Shown here piece after piece: positions 1 through 8,085 of a stretch of DNA of 64,000 bases; the stretch's first letter is position 1, and every line of letters begins with the position of its first letter. A program made the position numbers and the translations under genes. Source of the DNA: Desulfobacteraceae bacterium (GTDB taxonomy: Bacteria; Desulfobacterota; Desulfobacteria; Desulfobacterales; JAABSP01). Where the stretch lies: assembly GCA_011390135.1 (NCBI GenBank), contig JAABSZ010000001.1, forward strand, positions 13,312-77,311, read 5' to 3'. The notes under the pieces were generated by a model. It was not told the origin of the DNA. It worked only from the letters and a program-made list of their open reading frames with translations, and did no database searches.

Positions 1-188
1 GAAGGCCCCTTCCCAGAAAGCTGCTGCTGGAGGTGGGCTGGGGCTATTCCCGGTTCTCCTCCACCCGGACCGTGGACAACTTCATCGTGCGGCTGCGGAA
101 ATACTTCGAACCGGAGCCGAAAAATCCCCGATACTTCAAGAGCATCCGATCCAGAGGGTATCTCTTCGACCCGGGAGGCGACCTCTAG
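1..188 (+). CDS. 3' end of an OmpR/PhoB-type response regulator (winged-helix DNA-binding domain), cut by the window edge
   Basis: Frame 3 reads ...LLLEVGWGYSRFSSTRTVDNFIVRLRKYFEPEPKNPRYFKSIRSRGYLFDPGGDL, with TAG at 186-188. The 'RTVDxxIxRLRKK...IxTxRGxGYxF' pattern is the trans_reg_C signature. Confidence 0.6.
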   Translation, partial: RPLPRKLLLEVGWGYSRFSSTRTVDNFIVRLRKYFEPEPKNPRYFKSIRSRGYLFDPGGDL

Positions 189-191
189 GGA

Positions 192-1076
192 TCAATCTCC
201 GATAAACCGGCTCGGTATGCAGGCTTTACAGGTTCCGGAGCGAAACCGGGCCGCGTCCGACAGGCTAAGCACGCCCTTGATTTCCAAAGGATCGTCCCCG
301 TGGACGAAAAAGCGCTGGACATCCCTGATCAGCATCTCCCGCAATGCATCCGCAAGCAGATCCTCTCCGTTGCAGGAGAGAACCGGGGAGCCCATGATCT
401 CGGCCGCCGGCCTTTCCGGCCTGCAGCCATGATGAAAGGCAAGGATCAGGTCCGTTTTGGAGATGACGCCGGCCGGTTTTCCGGCGATGTCTGTGAGCAG
501 CACCGCGCCGAAGGTGTGGGCCGAGAGCACCTCGATGGCCTCGGAAATCGGCGCGGCCGCGGCAGAAGATATCACAAAGGGCGTCATGGCTTCTTTCACC
601 CTTGCCCGGTTCTCGTCTGAACCTTCTGCCGATGCCCTGCGGTGCCCTTTTTTGCAGGTGCTGCAGTACCGGTAGAGGAGGCCCACAATATCGGGATAGG
701 AGAAGGTTCCGATCACCGCATCCGATGTGGCCCCCTGCACAAAGAGCCGGTGAACCCGATGCTCCCCCATCCGCTGAAGCCCGGCCTCGATCTCCTCATC
801 CGGATAGCAGAAAAGGGGCGGGGCCGCCATGATTTCCCCCAGTCTCGTCTCGACGGGCAGGCCCCCATAGAAGGCCGCCATGATATCGGTCTTGGAGACC
901 ACGCCGCAGGGAGATTCCTTTTGGTCCGTAACCAGCAGTGCCCCGGCCTTGAATTTGATCAGGTGGTTGATCCCCCGGGCCAGGGTCTGATCCGACGAAA
1001 GCCGAATCACCAGCCGGCGCATCGCCTCCTTCACCCGCATCCCCGACAATACACTTCGCTTTCGAACCGTGGTCAT
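192..1076 (-). CDS. CBS-domain protein (tandem CBS pairs)
   Basis: 294-aa ORF with repeated CBS-type units (VKEAMRR.., GVVSKTDIM, VKEAMTPFVIS, GVISKTDLILAF). Cys-containing linker CSTCKKG and C-terminal CKAC. Confidence 0.75.
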   Translation of the reverse strand: MTTVRKRSVLSGMRVKEAMRRLVIRLSSDQTLARGINHLIKFKAGALLVTDQKESPCGVVSKTDIMAAFYGGLPVETRLGEIMAAPPLFCYPDEEIEAGLQRMGEHRVHRLFVQGATSDAVIGTFSYPDIVGLLYRYCSTCKKGHRRASAEGSDENRARVKEAMTPFVISSAAAAPISEAIEVLSAHTFGAVLLTDIAGKPAGVISKTDLILAFHHGCRPERPAAEIMGSPVLSCNGEDLLADALREMLIRDVQRFFVHGDDPLEIKGVLSLSDAARFRSGTCKACIPSRFIGD

Positions 1077-1081
1077 GGCGG

Positions 1082-1564
1082 CTATTCTCCGATATCGGGC
1101 GCGTCCGTGAATTTCTTCAGCAGACTGTAGAAGACCGATGTCCGGTAGATGATCCCCACCACCTCTTTGTCGTCCACCACCGGAATCCGCCGCATATGCT
1201 GCTTGATCATGATATCCACCACCCGAAAGACATGGGTGTAGGGCGTCACCGTCACCAGATCCGTGGACATGAGATCCTTCACCTGCACCCGCTTGACGCT
1301 CTCCAGCCGCTCGTCAAAGAGATCTCCGGGGTCCAGATCCTCCATCTCGCCCCAGATGTGGATGTGTTTGGGCTGGATAAAGAGCAGAATGTCATACATG
1401 GAGAGCATCCCCACGAGCCGATCCTCTTCATCGGTAACCATCAGGCCGAAGATCTTCTTGCCTTGGGCCTGGCTTGCGGAATATAACTGTTTCACCGCCT
1501 CCAGCACCGTATCGTCGGGCTTCAAGGTGTGAAATCGGTGATCCATGATGTCCCGGGCATACAT
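1082..1564 (-). CDS. CBS-domain pair protein
   Basis: 160-aa ORF with two CBS units (ARDIMDHRFHTL.., VGMLSMYDILLF, VKDLMSTDLVTV, VVGIIYRTSVF). Only 5 nt from the previous CBS gene. Confidence 0.75.
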   Translation of the reverse strand: MYARDIMDHRFHTLKPDDTVLEAVKQLYSASQAQGKKIFGLMVTDEEDRLVGMLSMYDILLFIQPKHIHIWGEMEDLDPGDLFDERLESVKRVQVKDLMSTDLVTVTPYTHVFRVVDIMIKQHMRRIPVVDDKEVVGIIYRTSVFYSLLKKFTDAPDIGE

Positions 1565-1583
1565 AAAGAGCGCCTCCTTTTTT

Positions 1584-3302
1584 CTACGGATTCATCTCAT
1601 AGGCATCCACCAGAGCATAGACATCCTGCCAGATCCTGTCAAAGCGCTCTTTGTCCACGACCGGTTTCCGGATCATCTTCATGCAGAGATCCATCTGCTG
1701 CTGTGTGCTGCTCGGCTTGGAATGGATCTGGAGGGCAAAAGTGGAAAAATCCCGCACCATGAAGTCGAAGATCCGATCCAGAAGATCATCTTTGACGCCC
1801 TCCATCTTCGACTTTTCGATGATGAGCTGCCCGTAGGCCACCAGAGTGAAAAGCTCGCCCAGGCTCAGCAGGAAGTCGATGTCTTTGGCCTGCTCTTTGC
1901 TCGGAGGCGCGGTCATGAGAAATTCCACCAGCACCTGAATCTGCTCCTTGAAGATATCGGCATTGGGCAGGTTTACGCTCTCATACGCGGTCTTGTAATC
2001 GTGGAAACGGATTTTCCCCAGCCCCCGTGTATGACCCTGTTTGAAGAGGAAATCATCGTTTTCGGGCTTGTCTTTTTTTCCGATCTCCGGAAATTCGGCC
2101 GGATTGAAGAAGTAGTTGGCCATGAACTTCACGATGAGCGCCATATTGACATGCACGGTTCCCTCCAGCTTGGGCAGGGCACGGATATCTTTTGCCGCGT
2201 TTTCGAAATAGACATCCTTTTCAAAGCCCCGGGCCGCGATCACATCCCATAGTTCGTTGATCACGGTCTCGCCCTCGGTGGTCACCTTCATCTTCACGAT
2301 GGGGTTGTAGAGGAGATACCGCCGGTCCTCGGAGGAGGCCCCACGCATGTAGTCGATGGCACGGGAAGCGAATATCTTCATGGCCGAAAGCCGGGCATAC
2401 GCATCGGTGAAGAGCCCCCGGATGTGCGGGAAATCGGTGACGAATTTTCCGTAGAGGTTCCGATGCGCGGCATGGTTGACGGCCTCGTAGAAGGCATGGG
2501 TGCAGATGCCGATGGATGCCCAGCCCAGGTTGAACTTGCCCACGTTGACGGTGTTCAGGGCAGAATCCCACGCATCCTGACCTGTGGAGAGGATCTCCTC
2601 ATCGGTGATCGGGTAGCCGTTAAGCGCATACTCGGCCACAAAGCTCTGCCAGTCCACCACGTTTTTGACCAGGTCATAGTTCGGGTGCTTGGGATCGGCC
2701 GCGAAAAAGACATACTCGTCGGTCTCGGAGTTCTTGCCGAAGGTGGAGACGAGCGCGGCCTCATTTGCATTGCCGATGTAGTACTTTCCGCCGTCGGCCA
2801 CATATCTGCCCTCTCCCAGGGGGGTGAGGGCCATCTCCGAAGAGTAGAGATCCGCGCCGTGGGTTTTTTCCGAAAGGCCGAAGGCAAAGATCCCGCCCTC
2901 TTCCAGAAGAGCGGCCGTCTTCTTCTTGATGGCCTCGTTTTCGCTCATCCAGATGGGCCCCAGCCCCAGGATCGTCACCTGCCAGGTGTACCAGTAGGCC
3001 AGGCCGTAGAAGCCGAGGATCTCGTTGAAGTCGCAGATCCGGAAGGTGTCCCACCGGGCATCCTTGTCATCGCTGTACTGAGAAGGGGTGAGAAGCCGGG
3101 AAAAGATTTGGTTCTCCTTTACGAAATCGAGAAAATCTGAGTACCAGACCCTGTCGTGGTAGTCCTTCTTGAGCTTCTCTTTGCCCATATTCTCGAAAAA
3201 CGCGATGGTCTTCTCCATGATCTCGCGGGATGCGCTGTCCAGGTGCTCGAAGCGCTCTTTTTTGGGGTTGAGCAGCATTTTTTTTCCTTTCTGAATGATC
3301 AT
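1584..3302 (-). CDS. Acyl-CoA dehydrogenase family protein (long form)
   Basis: 572-aa ORF. The layout and motifs (..FGLSEKTHGADLYSSE.., GKFNLGWASIGICTHAFYEAVNHA..) fit the acyl-CoA dehydrogenase family. An alternative start is at 3278 (MLLNPKK). Confidence 0.7.
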   Translation of the reverse strand: MIIQKGKKMLLNPKKERFEHLDSASREIMEKTIAFFENMGKEKLKKDYHDRVWYSDFLDFVKENQIFSRLLTPSQYSDDKDARWDTFRICDFNEILGFYGLAYWYTWQVTILGLGPIWMSENEAIKKKTAALLEEGGIFAFGLSEKTHGADLYSSEMALTPLGEGRYVADGGKYYIGNANEAALVSTFGKNSETDEYVFFAADPKHPNYDLVKNVVDWQSFVAEYALNGYPITDEEILSTGQDAWDSALNTVNVGKFNLGWASIGICTHAFYEAVNHAAHRNLYGKFVTDFPHIRGLFTDAYARLSAMKIFASRAIDYMRGASSEDRRYLLYNPIVKMKVTTEGETVINELWDVIAARGFEKDVYFENAAKDIRALPKLEGTVHVNMALIVKFMANYFFNPAEFPEIGKKDKPENDDFLFKQGHTRGLGKIRFHDYKTAYESVNLPNADIFKEQIQVLVEFLMTAPPSKEQAKDIDFLLSLGELFTLVAYGQLIIEKSKMEGVKDDLLDRIFDFMVRDFSTFALQIHSKPSSTQQQMDLCMKMIRKPVVDKERFDRIWQDVYALVDAYEMNP

Positions 3303-3438
3303 TCATTTTTAAAAGTCCTACGAGGGTGTAAAGGGAGAAGCGTCCGGTGTCAAGGAAAAACCGTTGAATGGCTTATTATGGATCGGATTTTCACTGTCAG
3401 TTCATTTCAGGTGGTTTGAAATGTGCTTCATCACATCA

Positions 3439-3756
3439 TCATTTGAAATCAATATTCTCTTTTTTTTGTTCCCAAGACTTTATATTTGCAACTGCGAACT
3501 CCCAGTCCATGAGATCATCTTCCCATTCAAAATTCTCTTCATTTTCCATTGCATCGACCCGGGCCTTGAATTCTTCGAAACTGCAATTGTACTTCTTTAT
3601 GAAATGGCGGTCTTCTGCTCCATATTTATTGATCTTTTCCTGAACCATGTTCAAAGCATAGTTCCGGAGCAGATAAACCGGAGAGACAGCCATGTCTTTA
3701 TAGATGTGTAGCAAAGACTCCGGAATCTCAATTTTGGTATAGAGTTCCTTTTCCAT
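3439..3756 (-). CDS. Hypothetical small acidic protein
   Basis: ORF 3439..3828; the internal ATG at 3754-3756 (MEKELYTKIEIPE...) is preferred. AT-rich local composition and no recognisable domain. Confidence 0.4.
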   Translation of the reverse strand: MEKELYTKIEIPESLLHIYKDMAVSPVYLLRNYALNMVQEKINKYGAEDRHFIKKYNCSFEEFKARVDAMENEENFEWEDDLMDWEFAVANIKSWEQKKENIDFK

Positions 3757-3954
3757 GATGAGCCCTTTCTTTCGGCTTTTCAGTTGATCAATATTTGTCC
3801 GAATCAGTCCGGCCATTGTCTGGTGCAAAGTCGAACTCCCATTTTTTCACGAACTGCACCTGAAAGACATGCCCTGCCTCCCGGAGAAGCAGATCGATTT
3901 CCGGATAACCGCGAACCTCCCGCTGCATCCGCTCGTAAACAAGACCTGCGCCCT

Positions 3955-4691
3955 TCATTCCATCCCATCCAGCAATGCCGAAATCTCCTTCGGAGAAGGC
4001 AGAACCCCCTTCAGCTCTTCCGGCAGGCGTTTCACGACGCGGTAAGTCGCTACTCCAATAGGCTTTCGTGCATCATGCAGCGCATATTCGACGACGGTCC
4101 GATTCTTTTCCTTGCAGAGAATGATGCCGATGGAGGGGTTCTCCTCGGCCTCCCGCACATGCCGGTCCAGCGCGGTCAGGTAAAACTGCATCTTGCCGAA
4201 TTGGTCTGTCCCAGCAGGGTCCTTTCATAGCTCCCGTTTTCGGTCTGATGGATGAGGATGTTTTTGGTCCAGCCGAATTTGCGGGTCATGCGGATGTAGA
4301 ATTCTCTTTCAAGAGCGTCCTTGCAGCGTTCAAGGATGATCAGGTTATGGCTCCAGCCGATTTCTCGCACCATTGGTGCGAGTTTTTCCGAATTTTCATA
4401 TGCGCCGAAAAAAGCCTTCATCCGCCAGAGATTCGACGCTGAAAAGCCCCCGACCCCAGGAAATTCCGATTGCAGATCCGAGGCGAGCTGCTGCACCACA
4501 GATTTTCCCCATCCTTCATCCTTCTGCCGTTCAAGAATCATCCTTCCAATGTCCCAGTACAGTCCCACCAGCTCTTTGTTGACCGATTTGAGCGCCGAAT
4601 ACTGGGCCGAGCGGATGCGAGCTTTGATGTCGGCAAGAACGCCCGGATAATCGTCGGGAAGCTTTTTGAAATCTTTACGCATATCCATCAA
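3955..4691 (-). pseudogene. Disrupted DUF1016/YhcG-type PDDEXK nuclease
   Basis: ORF 4176..4691 matches a DUF1016 N-terminal domain (..LVGLYWDIGRMI..GWGKSVVQQLASDL..FSASNLWRMKAFF..). ORF 3955..4191 matches only the extreme C-terminal PDDEXK part (..FYLTALDRHVREAEENPSIGIILCKEKNRTVVEYAL..). The two are in different frames, and the roughly 100 aa that normally join them are missing. Confidence 0.65.
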
Positions 4692-5025
4692 ACCTGCTCT
4701 TCGTTTTCCATTGCTATATTTCGGGCATTTTCGGTTTTTCCGTTGTCAGGATCGAGTGCTGTGGATATCCTACCACCGCTGCAACTTTTTGCCAATCCTT
4801 AGATGGGCATTGAAATCTCATCAGTTGTAATAGTTTTTCTTGACTTGTGTCCAAATATAATCATAATTCCTCCATCGTAACCGTTTTTCTGCCGTCCAGA
4901 CAAGGGTTGACAAAAACGGCCTTTCAGGGCATGTTGAGCAAAAGATGACCCAATGAACCGGGTCATATGACAAAAATGGAGGGAAGTCCATGAGCCATAT
5001 CCGCCGACTTTTCAGATAGCGAAAA

Positions 5026-5967
5026 ATGAATAAGCATATCTACACCATTATTATCGGCCTGCTTCTCGCCATTCTCCTCGTCCTTTTTGCCTGCAATACC
5101 CAAAAGAAATCCGATGCCGAACAGTCTGATAAGGATGGACAAGGAAACGATATACGGACAAATCCGGTGATAGATCCGATTTCAAATCCTGCCCCAGATT
5201 CATCCCCCATCAGCCAGTACACCGTTCATGTCATCCGCCGGCTCCCCCACAACGGCGACCGAACCTTCACCCAGGGCCTTGAAATCCACGAGGGATACCT
5301 CTACGAAAGCACCGGCAGAACCGCAGAGACCGCGCTGAAGAAGATCGATATCGAGACCGGAGAAATCCTTTTTCAGCAGAACCTCGAGGAATACTTTTCC
5401 CAAGAGATGTACTTCGGAGAGGGGATCACCATCTGGGAGGAGAAGATCATCCACCTCTCCTGGCAGAAAAAGATCGCTTATTTTTATACCCTCGACTTTA
5501 AAAAGACCGGCAGGGAATTCCATTATGATACCGAAGGCTGGGGCCTCACCCACAACGATAAGTTCCTGATCATGAGCGACGGCTCCCGATTCATCCACTT
5601 CAGGGACCCGGAAACCTTTGAAATAAAAAGAACCATCGATGTCGGCGTCGAAAACCTCAACGAGCTGGAGTATGTAAAGGGCAGCATCTATGCCAACATC
5701 TGGTTCGAAGACTTCATCCTGGTCATCGACGAGATCTCCGGAACCGTCACCGGAAAGATCGACGCATCGGAGCTGCTCTGCTCACAGCTCAATAAGCAGA
5801 CAGGCGCGGTACTGAACGGGATCGCCTATGACAGCCGGTCAGATACATTCTACATCACGGGGAAGAAATGTCCCGATATCTACGAGGTGACGTTTGAAAA
5901 GAAGCAGAACGCCCTCATCACCGGCCATCGTCACCAGGATTTCCCAAACCTTTCGGGGTCGTCATAA
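5026..5967 (+). CDS. Glutaminyl-peptide cyclotransferase (beta-propeller, plant/bacterial type), lipoprotein
   Basis: Lipobox LVLFAC. The region ..LPHNGDRTFTQGLEIHEGYLYESTGRTAETALKKIDIETGEI.. ..GEGITIW.. ..EGWGLTHNDKFLIMSDGS.. ..LNELEYVKGSIYANIW.. is typical of the Glu_cyclase_2 family. Confidence 0.8.
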   Translation: MNKHIYTIIIGLLLAILLVLFACNTQKKSDAEQSDKDGQGNDIRTNPVIDPISNPAPDSSPISQYTVHVIRRLPHNGDRTFTQGLEIHEGYLYESTGRTAETALKKIDIETGEILFQQNLEEYFSQEMYFGEGITIWEEKIIHLSWQKKIAYFYTLDFKKTGREFHYDTEGWGLTHNDKFLIMSDGSRFIHFRDPETFEIKRTIDVGVENLNELEYVKGSIYANIWFEDFILVIDEISGTVTGKIDASELLCSQLNKQTGAVLNGIAYDSRSDTFYITGKKCPDIYEVTFEKKQNALITGHRHQDFPNLSGSS

Positions 5968-5988
5968 CTGCCCGAAGTCCTGACTGAT

Positions 5989-7521
5989 TTAAAGCGTAAG
6001 GCCGGATATTTTAGCGGTAAAATCCGGAAGCCCATATCCAGATATATACGAACTCAGTGTAAATTCCTTTGAACCGCTCTTCAGATCACGAAAGACAATT
6101 GTATACGCAAGAGGAATGCCGACAGGGAAAACTTTATATTCTACTAATTCCGAATTTTTAAAACCATATCTGTTTCCATTGTTATCAACAAGATATGACC
6201 TTTCTTTTGGATTGTAAATTTTCATTTGGCCGTTATCGTTTTTGGTTTTATTGACAAATTTTAATTTCAGTACAAGTCCTTCCTCTGTACGGTCGAAAGA
6301 CAATACATCTATTCTGACGGCATCATTCTCATAGAAAAGCTTCTGATTTTGGTCATTTCCTCTACCTGACCCCTGGTTTGAAACCGTAGTCGTCGGCCCA
6401 ACGTTTCCCGGATACTTTGTATTACTGATCATTGCAACGATATCCGGCGTCTTGTTGAAACTCACCTCAGCAGCCGTCAACGCCAATCCTTTCTCCACAT
6501 CGACCATCCGCGCCCGGATGGCAAGGCTGTTGCCCATATCCGATACGCTGCCCAGCAGCACGATCTCACTGCCGAGCAACTTTCCCAGCCGCTGGGCCGT
6601 GGAGATGTCAATAATGCCCGAATGGTTCAATTGCTGCTGCTCCATAACCTGATCCAGTTTGGACCGCTCCACGACCTGGAATCCCTTCTGCACGAGCTGA
6701 ACCGACATGCTTTCGTAGACATTTCGGGTAAAAAGGTTGAACCCGTTTCCATACGGGAATTCGATAAGGGCGATCGTATTGACTTTTTTGACCACAGACG
6801 GCTGAACCGGGGGAGGAACCTGGGGTCTTCGGGCCGGCCGTTCGCTTTCGCCTGTGCCCCCATCTTCCGACTTCATCGGATCATAGAGAATCTTCAGTTT
6901 TGCCCAGGTGGATGCATCCACGGTGCCGGTCTCCGGAAGCCTGGAGAATTTCTGAAACCTTCGAACGGCATCCGACAGTCTCGACAGGTCATCTTCCCGG
7001 TAGGGGCCGGGGGAGAATCCGCCGCTTTCCAGACGCCTGAACACCGACTGCAGATCGATGCCCTCCACCTCGATGACGGTATCCGCATAGGAACGGACAT
7101 CGGGCGTAGGCTGCGGTGTACTCACAGGGGATATGTTGTTCGTCTGATAGACCTTGTCATTTTTTTGGATCGGCTCGAAGATGGCCGTTGCAACGGCATG
7201 CGAAAATTCCTTCCGCACCTTCGTGATCTGGATGATGCCTACGGACCGTTCCTTGTAATAGTGCTTTCCATCCACGATCATCACATCCCCCAGGCGGACC
7301 ACTTCGAATTGCGCCCCTTCATACACCGAATCCTTTTCGCCCAGATTGATGTAGATGATGTCGCCGTCTATGCCGATGACTTTTCCGGATGTCGTGGATG
7401 TCAGTTTGTCTGCCAGTTCCTGAATTTTGGCGGTGAATTCGGGCTGAGCAGCAGCAGTATGAACGAAAATCAGGACAAGCAGAGCCGTAAAGATTAAATA
7501 TCCCCATCTCTCTTTCTTCAT
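5989..7521 (-). CDS. Secreted multidomain protein: N-terminal SH3-like/FlgT-like barrel, PG_binding_1 module, CsgG/FlgO-like domain and a variable C-terminal beta-rich domain
   Basis: Signal peptide ..VHTAAA|QPEF. PG-binding module RRLESGGFSPGPY..AVRRFQKFSRLPETGTVDASTWAKLKILYDP. CsgG/FlgO-like stretch IALIEFPYGN..VQKGFQVVERSKLDQVMEQQQL..STAQRLGKLLGSEIVLLGSVSD..IRARMVDVEKG. RBS aaggagg lies upstream of the ATG at 7521. Confidence 0.7.
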   Translation of the reverse strand: MKKERWGYLIFTALLVLIFVHTAAAQPEFTAKIQELADKLTSTTSGKVIGIDGDIIYINLGEKDSVYEGAQFEVVRLGDVMIVDGKHYYKERSVGIIQITKVRKEFSHAVATAIFEPIQKNDKVYQTNNISPVSTPQPTPDVRSYADTVIEVEGIDLQSVFRRLESGGFSPGPYREDDLSRLSDAVRRFQKFSRLPETGTVDASTWAKLKILYDPMKSEDGGTGESERPARRPQVPPPVQPSVVKKVNTIALIEFPYGNGFNLFTRNVYESMSVQLVQKGFQVVERSKLDQVMEQQQLNHSGIIDISTAQRLGKLLGSEIVLLGSVSDMGNSLAIRARMVDVEKGLALTAAEVSFNKTPDIVAMISNTKYPGNVGPTTTVSNQGSGRGNDQNQKLFYENDAVRIDVLSFDRTEEGLVLKLKFVNKTKNDNGQMKIYNPKERSYLVDNNGNRYGFKNSELVEYKVFPVGIPLAYTIVFRDLKSGSKEFTLSSYISGYGLPDFTAKISGLTL

Positions 7522-7644
7522 CTTTTATCCTCCTTGATTTTTTAATAGATCAAACAGATCAAATGGATTACGACAAGCATCTGCCAAAGCCATCATTATT
7601 ACTTTTTTCTCTCAGAAATTATGAGAAGAATTCATTTAGGCAGA

Positions 7645-7790
7645 ATTACATGTCTCCTTCAGGGTCATAAAGCATCTTCAGCTTTGCCCAGGTTTGCCTG
7701 TCCAAGACGCCGCTCTCATCGAGATTGGCAAATTTCTGAAATCGCTTAATCGCCTACGACAGCCGCGTCAAATCCTCCTTCCGAAGAAAA
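7645..7790 (-). pseudogene. Remnant of a third PG-binding/CsgG-like paralog (PG_binding module only, with an in-frame stop)
   Basis: The reverse strand translates to LRKEDLTRLS*AIKRFQKFANLDESGVLDRQTWAKLKMLYDPEGDM. It aligns with the PG-binding modules of 5989..7521 and 8080..9636. TAG (7754-7756) sits where the paralogs have D/E. Confidence 0.7.
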
Positions 7791-7913
7791 CAAAATAACA
7801 GACAAAAAGTACTGTTCCCAGAATCAATTCAATTCTTTTTAAACCCTATACATCATCTTGGTCTCCATTGAATTCAAAGTCAAAAATCAATAAAGCAATC
7901 TTTTTACTGTGTT

Positions 7914-7994
7914 CAATAGTCCGGTAAAAATTATCAACCCTATCGAATAATTACTGGAGTATTGGCATCACACTGAATTTTTACCGGACTATTG
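7914..7994. repeat. Perfect 19-bp inverted repeat (AATTTTTACCGGACTATTG) flanking a 43-bp spacer
   Basis: CAATAGTCCGGTAAAAATT at 7914-7932 is the exact reverse complement of AATTTTTACCGGACTATTG at 7976-7994. Confidence 0.85.
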
Positions 7995-8066
7995 ACATCA
8001 GGCTGACTTGCAAAAAAATCGAGGCCGCCTCTCATGAGCTGCTTAACTTCGAAAGAATCGCAGCAT

Positions 8067-8085
8067 AATTTTTACCGGACTATTG
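8067..8085. repeat. Third copy of the 19-bp repeat, overlapping the stop codon of 8080..9636
   Basis: AATTTTTACCGGACTATTG at 8067-8085 is identical to 7976-7994. The minus-strand stop TAG is at 8080-8082. Confidence 0.85.
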
